From Azolla caroliniana (lineage: Eukaryota > Plantae > Polypodiophyta): 29,993 nt of DNA. The position numbers and the translations under genes are program-made. This document shows, one piece after another, positions 19,905-29,753 of the stretch (position 1 is the stretch's first letter; each line of letters begins with the position of its first letter). The notes below the pieces were generated by a model that saw only the letters and a list, made by a program, of their open reading frames with translations, was not told the DNA's origin and did not search any database. Location: the NCBI GenBank assembly GCA_043228905.1, contig JBHGNT010000382.1:1-29993 (forward strand). Direction: 5' to 3'.

Positions 19905-22900
19905 AAAGACGACGAGTGGAACGAGTCGGCGCTAACTGCGGACCGGGTTTGTCCGGATACTTTCGGTGGAAATCAGCAAGAAGATCTTGTGCATTGGCAA
20001 CATTCTCGACAGGTTCCCAAGTACGTTCGCTCGGACTATAACCGAGCCAATCGACCAAGTAATAAAGTTTGTTGTGAACAAGTTTGGAATCGAGGATGGC
20101 AGCAACTTCATACTCCGGGCCGACGTCCAACTCCAGCGGGGGCGGCGGTGGTGTCACACGATCGGGAATGGTGTTTGCTTTATAAGGTTCAAGAAGAGAA
20201 CAATGGAAAACCGGATGTATCTGAAGCTGCGGAGGGAGATCCAGGCGGAAGGTGACATCATTAATCTTCCCCGTAATACGGAAAGGACCGAGTCGTCGAT
20301 AATCCAACTTGTCGCACGGTCGAGTAGTCTTGATGTGACGACGTAAGAGCCATACTCGATCTCCGATGGCAAAAGAGGAGGGAATCCGATGACGATCCGC
20401 ATAAGTCTTCTGTGTGTGTTGAGCATGACGAAGATGAGTAGAGAGATCCATCTGGATCTTGCGTAGCCTCTCCAAATGGTCCTCGGCACGAGGGTTGGTA
20501 GGTAGCTCCGGAGTGTCGATCACCGACCAGCGAGGATGGAAACCGGTATAAGCGAGAAATGGGGAGACCCGAGTCGAGGAGTGAATAGCATTATTATACG
20601 CAAACTCCGCAAAGTGGAGAATCTCGGCCCAATCGTCCTGTTGATAACTCAGGAAACACCGGAGATATTGCTCCAACGTTTGGTTTGTTCGTTCCGCCTG
20701 TCCGTCAGTTTGAGGATGGTAGCCGGAGGAGAGGTTGCAGGAGACCTTGAGCATCCTGAAGAGATGCTGCCAAAATTTGGAGACAAATTGCGGGCCTCGG
20801 TCACTGATAATACTGTCTGGTAGGCCATGATGCCGAAATACCTCACGCATAACAAGAGTGGCGGTTTCCTCGCTAGTGATGGCTTTAGTACATGGCACAA
20901 AATGTGCCATCTTCGTATATCGATCGACGACGGTTAGGATAGCATCGAACCCCTTCGAGACCGGCAGATCTGTAATAAAATCAAGACAAATAGACTGCCA
21001 TGGCTTACTTGGAATTGGTAAAGGTTCCAACAAGCCATATGGATGGTGTCGTGGCATCTTTGCTCGGCAGCAAGCATCACAAGTCCGAACGTAGTCGTCG
21101 ACAAAACGGCGCATGTGGGGCCACCAAAAAGATCGTTGCACTAACTCCAACGTCTTGGTACTACCGAAATGTCCCGCCGTATGGGTGTCGTGACAATGTT
21201 GGACGATTTGAAGGCGACAGGAGCAATCGGGGACATATACGCGTTTTTTAAAGAATAACAAACCATCATGATATTCGAATTGTCGGTAGTCAATACCTGG
21301 TTGTTGAGACTGAGAACAGGATGCCCGAGAAGTATCAATGTGCGCCAGGATGTCTTGAGCAAAACTATCCGTCTTCAAGGTTGCACGTATGTCATCGGTA
21401 ATCCGTGAATCCATCGGGGTGTGAAAAATCCGCGTCGTGTGCAATCGTGTTGGTCCCAAGATTACTTGCTTTTGATTATCAAATGTTGCGTCACCAGGAC
21501 GAGGTGCAAGATATGAACGCCGTGATAGTGCATCTGCTTTTCCTTGCTGCTTCCCCGGTCGATATGTGATTTCGAAGTTGAAACGCGTGAGGAATTGCGC
21601 CCACCGAGCTTGCCGTCGATTTAGTACGCGAGCGTTCTGAAAATAAGCAAGATTTTTATGATCGCTAAAGACAATGACCTGATGTGGAGAGCCCTCTAAG
21701 AAATGCCGCCATTGTACAAATGAATCCACGATGGCTAATAACTCCTTGTCATGTATTTCGTAGTTGATTTCTGCGACATTGAATTTGCGCGAATGGAAAG
21801 CCACCGGATGCAACTCTTCTTTATCGCCTTGTTGAGAAATGATGCTACCGAGGGCGAAATCTGATGCGTCGGCCTCCATGATGAATGGTTTGCTTGTATC
21901 CACATGAGCTAGAATCGGTGCTGATGTAAAGGCTTTCTTAAGATGCCGAAAAGCCATATCTGCTTCGATGGACCAAAGAAATGCTTGGCCCTTCTTCGTA
22001 AGTTGTGTGAGAGGTAAAATAATCTTCGAGTAATCCTGTATAAACTTACGGTAGAAGTTAGCAAAGCCTAGAAAACATTGTACATCTCGTACCGACCGTG
22101 GAATTTGCCACTCTAGTACAGTTTGGATTTTAGCTGGATCCATGGCGATGCCCTTTGAGGAGATGACGTAGCCTAGAAATTCCACTTGCTTGCAGTCAAA
22201 GCTACATTTCTCTAGCTTGGCATAAAGACCATTCTCGCGGAGTCGCTTTAGTACTAATAGTACATGAGAATCGTGCTCTTCCTGGGTCTTCGAATAAATC
22301 AACAAATCATCCAGATAAATGATCAAACAGATATCCAAGAGGTCTCTGAATATATCATTTGCCATGTGTTGGAAGACTGCGGGTGCATTGGTTAGGCCAA
22401 AAGGCATAACAGTATACTCGAAATGCCCATACCGCGTGCGAAAAGCGGTCTTCCACTCATCTCCCGGTCGGATCCGCACGAGATTATACGCTCCTCGTAG
22501 GTCGATTTTAGTAAAAAACTTGGCACCATTAACTCGCTCTAAAAGACTTGATATAAGAGGAAGTGCATACCTATTCCGGATGGTGACTTTATTCAATCCG
22601 CGGTAATCAACGACAAGACGAAGTGAGCCATCTTTCTTCTTGACAAAGAAGATGGGTGCACCGGCCGGAGATTTCGAATGACGGATGAACCCGCTTGCCA
22701 AGTTCTCCTCTATGTAGGCTCGAAGGACTTCTAACTCGGTGGGTGACAAGTTGTAAATTGGTCTCCATGGTGGCTCGGTTCCTGGTTGTAAATCGATGGG
22801 ACAGTCATAGGGACGGTGATGAGGAAGGGTACCGGCTTTTACCTTGTCAAATACATCGGCATAAGGATGATATTTTGCCGGAAGTTGTATTGAGGAGTCC

Positions 22901-23484
22901 TTCTTAATAGTGCTAGAAGGATGTACTGATATGGCAAATAGGAACATTGCCTCCTTGGGTCCTTCTTCACGTAGTTGATGGAGTGAAATGGTCGAAACTC
23001 GGTGAGTTGATTCTTGGGGTGGTCGATATCGGACTTCTCTTGTTCTCCAATCTATGGCTGGATTATGTAATTCAAGCCAAGGTAATCCTAGGACAATGGG
23101 ATGCTCTGGACTACTAATTATATTAAATGATATTATACACACAAAACTACCTAGGACAACTTGAATGGGTTCTGATTCTTCTACAATATTCCCGGAAGCA
23201 ATGGGACGACCATCAATGACCACTACAGATGCGGGACAAGGAAGTTTTCTTAAGGATATCTGAGAAGCTTGGGCAAAATTTCGATCCATGAAACAGGAAT
23301 TAGCTCCGGAATCTAAAAGTGCTAGGACGGGTACTGGGGGAGTACTTTTAGTACTAACAATGACTTGGGCTAGGAACACATTGCTAACTTGCTTGGAAGT
23401 AATGGAACCACTAATGGGCTGTACAGATCTAGGGCTGTTGTCCAACCAAATGGCTCCTATTTTGGCTGGACTCAATCGTTTAAC
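19903..23484 (-). CDS. pol: Pol polyprotein (PR-RT-RNase H-IN-chromodomain), probably expressed as Gag-Pol by a -1 frameshift
   Basis: 1190-aa ORF with LLDSGA, YLDD, ADASDFALG, HHCC zinc finger, LDFITDLP, SDRG, LGPF and EYEVAAIL..YYLVDWLGY..TWEP. The track's start codon is TTG, not ATG. Confidence 0.96.
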   Translation of the reverse strand, partial: VKRLSPAKIGAIWLDNSPRSVQPISGSITSKQVSNVFLAQVIVSTKSTPPVPVLALLDSGANSCFMDRNFAQASQISLRKLPCPASVVVIDGRPIASGNIVEESEPIQVVLGSFVCIISFNIISSPEHPIVLGLPWLELHNPAIDWRTREVRYRPPQESTHRVSTISLHQLREEGPKEAMFLFAISVHPSSTIKKDSSIQLPAKYHPYADVFDKVKAGTLPHHRPYDCPIDLQPGTEPPWRPIYNLSPTELEVLRAYIEENLASGFIRHSKSPAGAPIFFVKKKDGSLRLVVDYRGLNKVTIRNRYALPLISSLLERVNGAKFFTKIDLRGAYNLVRIRPGDEWKTAFRTRYGHFEYTVMPFGLTNAPAVFQHMANDIFRDLLDICLIIYLDDLLIYSKTQEEHDSHVLLVLKRLRENGLYAKLEKCSFDCKQVEFLGYVISSKGIAMDPAKIQTVLEWQIPRSVRDVQCFLGFANFYRKFIQDYSKIILPLTQLTKKGQAFLWSIEADMAFRHLKKAFTSAPILAHVDTSKPFIMEADASDFALGSIISQQGDKEELHPVAFHSRKFNVAEINYEIHDKELLAIVDSFVQWRHFLEGSPHQVIVFSDHKNLAYFQNARVLNRRQARWAQFLTRFNFEITYRPGKQQGKADALSRRSYLAPRPGDATFDNQKQVILGPTRLHTTRIFHTPMDSRITDDIRATLKTDSFAQDILAHIDTSRASCSQSQQPGIDYRQFEYHDGLLFFKKRVYVPDCSCRLQIVQHCHDTHTAGHFGSTKTLELVQRSFWWPHMRRFVDDYVRTCDACCRAKMPRHHPYGLLEPLPIPSKPWQSICLDFITDLPVSKGFDAILTVVDRYTKMAHFVPCTKAITSEETATLVMREVFRHHGLPDSIISDRGPQFVSKFWQHLFRMLKVSCNLSSGYHPQTDGQAERTNQTLEQYLRCFLSYQQDDWAEILHFAEFAYNNAIHSSTRVSPFLAYTGFHPRWSVIDTPELPTNPRAEDHLERLRKIQMDLSTHLRHAQHTQKTYADRHRIPSSFAIGDRVWLLRRHIKTTRPCDKLDYRRLGPFRITGKINDVTFRLDLPPQLQIHPVFHCSLLEPYKANTIPDRVTPPPPPLELDVGPEYEVAAILDSKLVHNKLYYLVDWLGYSPSERTWEPVENVANAQDLLADFHRKYPDKPGPQLAPTRSTRRL
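23430..23484 (-). promoter_or_regulatory. -1 ribosomal frameshift signal (slippery heptamer plus stem-loop or pseudoknot)
   Basis: G TTA AAC at 23484-23478 in the gag frame, a 6-nt spacer, then an 11-bp stem GTCCAGCCAAA/TTTGGTTGGAC (23471-23440). Confidence 0.8.
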
Positions 23485-24629
23485 TCTTCATCTAATTGAC
23501 TAAGGATTTCAAATTTATTTGAGATACTTGGGCTATTAGTACTATGAATACTATCTGACACTCTATTAGTACTATTAATACTATCAGACACTCCAAAGGG
23601 AAGAATTGACTCGGGTTTAGTACAGGTGACGATTTGATTTACCTGTCTTCTTGGCCTATGGGGACAATTGATGGCGATATGTCCTGGTCCACCGCAATAA
23701 AGACATAATCGATTGGCACGTCGTCGTTGCTTTTCTTCTTCCGATAACGGGCCGCATCGACGCATGGTATCGATCTCCATCGGTGTCGAAGTATTTGCTT
23801 GAGGTGTGTCTCGTGCAAACGGTTTAGCCGCGACTGCGGTGTAAGTGGGCTCTGGCCTAGAGCGTGGTATCTGTAATTGACGTTCTGAACACCGTTCAAA
23901 AAGGCGGTTGTCACATCGAACTGCTCGACTGATTGCCTCCGTAAGAGACTTTGGTTCTTCGGGGAAAGTTAGAAGTAGATCTTTGACATCGTTTCGCAAG
24001 CCATAGCGAAACTGCTCCATTAGTGCTTGATCATCCCAGGGTATATCTGAAGCAAGTAGGCGGAAATCCGCCGCGTAGGCAGAGGCTGGACGATCGCCTT
24101 GACGCAATCGCCGGATCTTGTTGATCGCCGTCCTGATGTTGTCGGTGTCTCCAAAGCAGGCTTTAAACTCACCAATAAAATCTTCAAAGTTATTAAGTAA
24201 GGGTGATTGTTTTTCTAGAAGCGGAGCAAACCATGCCAAGGCTGAGCCGCTAAGTAGCGTGCCTATTAGGCCGACTCGAGATGCATCGGTGGGATATCGG
24301 GAAGGATGCATCTGGATGACTAAGCGTACCTGATTAAGGAATCCCCGGAATTGCGAACGCGTTCCATCAAATTTCACAGGAAGTCCAATCTTGGGCTCTT
24401 TATGAAATCCTTGGGGACTGGATCCTTGTTGTTGCAACGCTGCTTCGAGTTGTTGTACCCGTAACGCTAACTCCCCATGTTGTTGTTGCGTTTGTTGTTT
24501 TTCTAGAGCGATTTGTTGCAGATCCCCTATCAGCCGTTGGTTTTCTTGTTCCAGGGCAACAAACTTTTCTTTTAGGCACTGTAGCTCGGAGAAAACGGAT
24601 TGGTATTCTTGGGCGCTAACCGTAGCCAT
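23472..24629 (-). CDS. gag: Gag (N-terminal coiled coil, capsid, CCHC zinc knuckle)
   Basis: 385-aa ORF with KFDG, LSGSALAWF, LRQG..YAADF, FRYGL and CLYCGGPGHIAINC. Confidence 0.96.
   Translation of the reverse strand: MATVSAQEYQSVFSELQCLKEKFVALEQENQRLIGDLQQIALEKQQTQQQHGELALRVQQLEAALQQQGSSPQGFHKEPKIGLPVKFDGTRSQFRGFLNQVRLVIQMHPSRYPTDASRVGLIGTLLSGSALAWFAPLLEKQSPLLNNFEDFIGEFKACFGDTDNIRTAINKIRRLRQGDRPASAYAADFRLLASDIPWDDQALMEQFRYGLRNDVKDLLLTFPEEPKSLTEAISRAVRCDNRLFERCSERQLQIPRSRPEPTYTAVAAKPFARDTPQANTSTPMEIDTMRRCGPLSEEEKQRRRANRLCLYCGGPGHIAINCPHRPRRQVNQIVTCTKPESILPFGVSDSINSTNRVSDSIHSTNSPSISNKFEILSQLDEELND
23533..23592. repeat. 30-bp in-frame tandem duplication in the gag tail
   Basis: CTATTAGTACTATGAATACTATCTGACACT / CTATTAGTACTATTAATACTATCAGACACT, encoding VSDSI[N/H]STN twice. 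Confidence 0.85.
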
Positions 24630-24684
24630 AGTATAGGGAAAAGGGTAGGAGGATGAGGGAGAGTGACAAGTAGGCTAGAGGGAA

Positions 24685-24699
24685 CAAATTGGTTCAAAC
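24685..24699 (-). other. Non-tRNA (self-priming) primer binding site
   Basis: GTTTGAACCAATTTG has no TGG start. Thirteen of its bases are complementary to CAAATTGGTTCAA at 24928-24916, about 32 nt downstream of the LTR TATA box. Confidence 0.8.
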
Positions 24700-24979
24700 T
24701 GTCAGGAATAGTACTAAAACAGAGATGGAATTAGTACTAAGAACAACAGTACTATTAGTACTAAGAGGACGGGACTGCGTAAGATTCCCGAGAGAGGAAG
24801 TGAGAAGAGGAGAGAGAGAGAGATAGCGAGAATGAGAGAGAGAGAGAGATGATGACAACAACTATATATTATGTGAAAAGATAAGTACAAGCGGCTAAGA
24901 GGCTTAAGACTGGCGTTGAACCAATTTGGTTCAAAACAATGCCTTGTGCCTCCTTTTATAGTGTTTTTAGGAATAATCT

Positions 24980-24999
24980 TGAAGCTTCTAGAATGTTCC
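24980..24999. promoter_or_regulatory. Perfect heat-shock element (four nGAAn units); also at 19733-19752 and 1285-1304
   Basis: tGAAgcTTCtaGAAtgTTCc lies about 20 bp upstream of the TATA box. Confidence 0.75.
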
Positions 25000-25074
25000 A
25001 GAGAGATCTGGAATATACATCAATTTTCTATGATAAAGTATAAATGAAAATAATATCCTACAAAATACAATTCC

Positions 25075-25138
25075 TAATCTAATGGTAAGAGCTCGACCCA
25101 TGTAGCATAAAGTCATGGGTTCGAGTCTTGCCATGACA
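25075..25138 (+). promoter_or_regulatory. tRNA-like A/B-box cassette at the U3 terminus, antisense to the element; also at 19828-19891 and 1380-1449
   Basis: TAATCTAATGG...GGTTCGAGTC with tRNA-like spacing. The older copy reads TAGTTTAATGG...GGTTTGAGTC. Confidence 0.55.
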
Positions 25139-27080
25139 TCTTAAGTCCTAGAGGTCTACTTGGCGACATATTGATTATGTGTATTGTCGTGAGTAGAGCC
25201 TCTGCCCAGAAGCCATCCGGCAATCTGGAGTGTTGGAGCATGGATACAACGCGTTCTTGAATCGTCCGATTCATGCGTTCTGCGATTCCGTTCTGCTCCG
25301 GACTATATGGTGCCGTATATTCACGTCTAATGTCGCGTTCTCGGCAAAAATTTGACGAATTCATCAGATTTGAACTCACCTCCATTGTCGGTTCGGAGAC
25401 ACTTCAGTTTCCGACCGGTCTGGTTTTCGACCATTGCGAGCCAATTTGAGAAGATCGAGAACACCCGATCTTTGGTTCTGATGGGGTAAGCCCACACTTT
25501 CCGAGTCGAGTCGTCAATGAAACTGACGAAGTACGAGGCACCACCGAGTGACTGATGTGGCATCGGGCCACAGACGTCCGAGTGGACCAAATCGAGCAGG
25601 CTCGACTCTCTTGGTGCTGATGTCGGGTGTGATGCGGCTACCTGTTTGCCGTACTGGCAATGCTCGCAAAACTGATGGTCCGAGAAGGAGAGTTTCGGGA
25701 TGTATCCGGCTCTGGATAGGTGCGTGATGTCGGTCTTGCTAAGGTGTCCAAGTCGTCCATGCCATAAGGATGACACAGGGATATCTACCAGAAATAAGTC
25801 ACCCTCCCTGAGTGTGACATACAAAGGGTACAATGAGTGTACCTTTGGTCCTCTAGCAAGCAGGAGGTTCCCTCTGTGGAGTGTCCACCCTCCTGATGAG
25901 AAACCAGCACGGATGCCAGCTTCATCAAGTTGTCCGACTGAGATCAAGGTCGTGAGAGCTCAGGAACGTGTCGGACGTTGTGTAGTACGAGTGTAGAGCC
26001 ACCCGGAAGGTTGAGCTCTACGGTGCCGATTCCGATGATAGCACAGTGCTGCAAATTTCCGACTCGAACTGAGTCGGAGTGCCGGTCCGAATATTGCCGA
26101 AACTATGATCGGTGAGGTGTCACGTGATACAACGCGCCCGAGTCCAGAAGCCATGTGCTCGATTCCTCAGTCGTAAGCAGAACTTCTGATTCGACTGGAT
26201 TCTCTATGGACAATATGTTCGGGTCGGTCGTCAATATCTCAGCTGAAGAGCCGACGTAGTTGACTTCCTCATGTCGGTTACTCCTCTGATCAGCTCTCTG
26301 AGCTTTGTCTGTCTTTGACTTGAGTACCCGACAGTCGGCCTTGATGTGTCCCAGTTTCTTGCAGTAGTTGCAGATTCGGGTTTCCCGGGACTTCTTGCGG
26401 CTTCGCTGATTTGTCGGTGGTCGGGAAGAACTTCTTCCCCGGTTGTTCGATCGGTCAGTCGAACCTTGTACTACATAGGCTTCTTCTATTGAGTCTTTGG
26501 TGAAAGACTTTCTCCGAGCTGCTTCAGTCAGGATTGCACTTGTGACTTCGGAGTACTTGATGGCAGTCGTAGAAGCGTTGCACACAGTTGTAATGAAGGT
26601 TTCCCAAGAGGAGGGGAGACTGCTCATGAGTATCATTGCTCTGAGTTCATCCTCGATTGTCGTCCCCTGTGACGAGATTTGGGAGCTCAAACTTTCGTAC
26701 TCGTTAAGGTGTGCCTGAATTGAATCGGAGTCTTTCATCCGCAGGTTGTAGAGGCGCCGGATCAAATACATCTTCGTTGAGGTGACCTTCTTTTCGTAGG
26801 TTTCCGACAGTTTCTTCCAAAGTTCGAAGGCTATCGTGCACGATTGCACTGTGAAGTACACTGACTCCGACAGGTGCATCCGAATCGTGGCGCGGACGAT
26901 TCTGTCCAGCTTTTGCCACTCATTTGCTTTGTATATTTCTGGAGCAGTTTCATTCTCAATCGGATCAATCTGACCCTTGACTATAAGATAGTCCTGCATT
27001 TGCTCCTTCCAAAAATTGAAGTTCAAACCGTCGAACCTCCTTAGACTCATTTCCGATGAGCCGGATGTTGATGCCATCAT
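25139..27080 (-). pseudogene. gag-pol: Copia C gag-protease-integrase with frameshifts
   Basis: ORF 26103-27080 has CNYCKKLGHIKADC and WLLDSGA. ORF 25327-25947 has LWHGRLGH, VHSDVCGP and LRTDNGGEF. ORF 25113-25385 has PEQNGIAERMNRT. Confidence 0.95.
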
Positions 27081-27770
27081 ATTCGGTTTCGGTTGACGAA
27101 GCTCGGTTCGGAGTTGACTACGAACCTTGTTGGAGCGCAGCCGGTCGGCTCACCCGATATCGTTCTAGTCGGATTTGAACCGGAGTCGGTTCGGTTTCAG
27201 ATATATGTATTATTGAACTTGCTCGAATTGACTCCGGTAACTCGAGGGACAGAACCGACTGGTCTTCCCGAATGTTACCGAGTCGGAGTGAGCCCGGTTC
27301 GCTTCCAAATATATATGCCAAATACCGATTATTGAAACCAATTATCTGGACCGATTCTGCTTCGGGTGACTGCAGCGACGAGAGAGACGGATCCAATTGA
27401 TCCTCCCGAATGTCGATCAGCCGGATGAAGCACGAATTGGGGTTGTTGTCTTGAGACCCATCTGCACCGAGTGGTTACAACGGGCGGCGAGCAGCGTTCG
27501 GTGACCTGTTCGGATGTCGTTTAACCGAGTGGAGCACGATCGTGTCAATGTTGCACAAGGGGATTTCACCTCGAGCGGTTACGATCACGAGGAACAGAGT
27601 ACAGCCGGCTGGCTTACTCCAAGCGAAGATGATCTAACGCGATGAGATGCAAGCCTCGTTTTTCTTCTTCTTCTCTCTTCTCTATTTCTTCAAATACAAA
27701 ACAAAAAAAAACAGAATGTTGTGATCCAAAGATTCGAATGGCGGCCGACAGCGGGATGAAGGACATCCAA

Positions 27771-27782
27771 GCTCTGATACCA
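27771..27782 (-). other. tRNA-iMet PBS of Copia C
   Basis: Perfect TGGTATCAGAGC, 2 nt from the LTR. Confidence 0.93.
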
Positions 27783-27784
27783 AA

Positions 27785-28103
27785 TGTAGGGAATGAACAA
27801 GGCCGTCAATGCGGAAGAGATCACACAGTATGAATCTGTGAGGAAGAAATACATGCGTATGAGAGAGGCAAGAACAAATTACGTACAGAGAGAGAGAGAG
27901 AGAGGCACAAAGAATATATCTATATTCATAAAGGGGCAACCGTTACAACAATGAACAACCAACCTTTACAAAAGGTTACAAAGTCACTTTATATAGTGAC
28001 TCATTTAGGGCAACTGCCCTTTATGTTATTTACAGAGATAGCCCGAACTTGGGCTCTCTAAGAGGATAGTGTGAATACGTCCATTATACATTTGTATTCG
28101 ACA
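27785..28103 (-). repeat. 5' LTR of Copia C (about 319 bp)
   Basis: TG...CA termini between the PBS and the abrupt start of Copia D RT (LLYVDDM at 28104). It has a CTATATAA box on the minus strand near 27990. Confidence 0.8.
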
Positions 28104-29096
28104 CTTCTGTACGTGGACGACATGTTGATCGTCGGACGGGACCAAGCCAAAATACGGATGCTGAAGAAGGCTCTCAACCGGACCTTCTCAATGAAAGACT
28201 TGGGTCCAGCAAGACAGATGTTGGGGATGCATATCATCCGGAACTGGTCAACGAAGCAATTGTGGCTGTCACAGGAGAAGTACGTGACAAAGGTGCTTCA
28301 TCGGTTCAACATGTCAGATGTGAAACCTGTCGGATCGACACTTCCGGCAAACTGCAGGTTATTCGGTAAGCAAAGCCCGAAGACGAAAGCAGAGAAGGCT
28401 GATATGATAAAGGTTCCATATGCCTCTGCCATTGGGAGCCTAATGTACACAATGGTGTGTACCCGACCGGATATAGGATACACAGTCGGAGTGGTGAGCC
28501 GGTTTATGAGCAATCCCGGCAAGGAGCACTGGAACGCGGTCAAATGGATAATCCGGTATTTGAAGGGCACTTCAAATATGTGTCTCCGATTCGGCTCCGG
28601 AAAACCTCAACTTGACAGTTTCACCGATTCAGACATGTCGGCTGATGTGGATACCAACCGGTCTACAACCAGGTATGTAATGACATATGCAGGGGGAGCT
28701 GTTTCGTGGCAGTCGAGGCTGCAGAAGACGGTTGCATTGTCAACCACGGAGGCGGAGTACATGGCGGTTGTGGAAGCCGGCAAGGAAATATTATGGATGA
28801 AGGACTTCATCGGAGAGCTCGGTATCCGGCAAGATGAATACCGGCTCTATTGCGATAGTCAAAGTGCCATCACCGTGCTAAGAATGCGGCCTACCATTCC
28901 CGGACGAAGCATATCCAGCGAAGGTATCACTGGATCAGAGAAAGAGTAGATGACCAAGAGTTCGCGCTGACGAAGATCCACACGGCCGAGAACGGGTCAG
29001 ATATGCTAACCAAAGTGTTGATACCCGACAAGCTGGATGCATGCCGAAAGCGGATCGAACTAGTAAGACACCCCATGCCAGAGTTAAGGGGGAGTT
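28104..29096 (+). pseudogene. pol: Copia D RT and RNase H (Tnt1-like), frameshift near 28870, ending in a PPT
   Basis: Motifs LLYVDDML, MKDLG, TRPDI, FTDSD, STTEAEY and YCDSQSA, then HSRTKHI and SDMLTK in another frame. The PPT AAGGGGGAG is at 29086-29094. Confidence 0.93.
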
Positions 29097-29753
29097 TGTT
29101 GGGAGACAGGTCCCTCCGGATGGGAAGGGAGAAGAATCCGGATGACGAGTACCCGGCTACGGAGAGCCGGATGGTGCAGACCCGGTGAGAACCAGATGAG
29201 GAGTACCCGGAAACGGAAGACCCGATGAGAACCGGATGGGAAGTACCCGGCAAGCGCCGAATGATGCAGGCCCGGTGAGGAGTGCTCACCGGATGAAGAG
29301 ACATATTCGTAAATATGTTTCTAAGAGTCCATCGAGGCTATATTTGTAAATAGCCGAAAAGTCATATTAGTATAAATATGACTTAGGGCAAACTTATTGT
29401 AGTAGTTGTTGTCATTCTTGTTGGTGCAAGAAGTGAGAGCGCGTAACAGTGTATAGAGTGAGAGAGAGAGAGAAAGAGACGAAGGTTTCGTATCTCTGTT
29501 GTAACCGCCAACTGTGGCGAAGATAGCAAGCTCGAGGTCGTTGCCTCAGTGCTCCACCATTGTACATTCTTATATACTGATAGTTTGGAGTCTGTGGACT
29601 CCCGTGGTTTTTCCCTCTCAGGGTTTTCCACGTTAAACATCATGTGTACTCTTCTCGCCTTTGAGTCGTGTGTTTCATTTCCCGTTTTCTATGTATGATT
29701 CTAATCTTGGTTGTGGCCGAGCGTTGCGCATAGGGAGCGTGCAGTTCCTGTCA
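29097..29753 (+). mobile_element. 3' LTR of Copia D (about 657 bp) with CCGG-rich U3 repeats
   Basis: It starts TGTTGGG after the PPT and ends in CA where Gypsy protease sequence begins. It has TATAAATA near 29371 and repeats of CCGGATG..GAGTACCCGG at 29138-29295. Confidence 0.8.

Larger units (their letters stand above)
19453..25138 (-). mobile_element. Intact, very recent Ty3/Gypsy chromovirus (Tcn1/Tf1-Sushi-like), 5686 bp
   Basis: Two 439-bp LTRs with no difference seen, TSD TCTTA at 19448-19452 and 25139-25143, uninterrupted gag and pol, and an adjacent PPT. Confidence 0.97.
24700..25138 (-). repeat. 5' LTR of the chromovirus
   Basis: It matches 19453-19891, with TATAAAA at 24960-24954. 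Confidence 0.97.
17783..28103 (-). mobile_element. Copia C (Tnt1-like), 3'-truncated in RNase H and split by the chromovirus
   Basis: 5' LTR at 27785-28103, PBS at 27771-27782, then gag, PR, IN and RT. It ends after YTDSDFAGCVDSCKSTT, with no PPT or 3' LTR. Confidence 0.9.

Noticed and set aside
19966-23503. Short antisense and alternate-frame ORFs overlapping the chromovirus pol
   Set aside because: These are shadow ORFs of a long coding sequence, with no motifs of their own.
28071-28103. N-terminus of the 292-aa ORF as a real gene start
   Set aside because: These codons belong to the Copia C LTR. The RT sequence begins abruptly at 28104.
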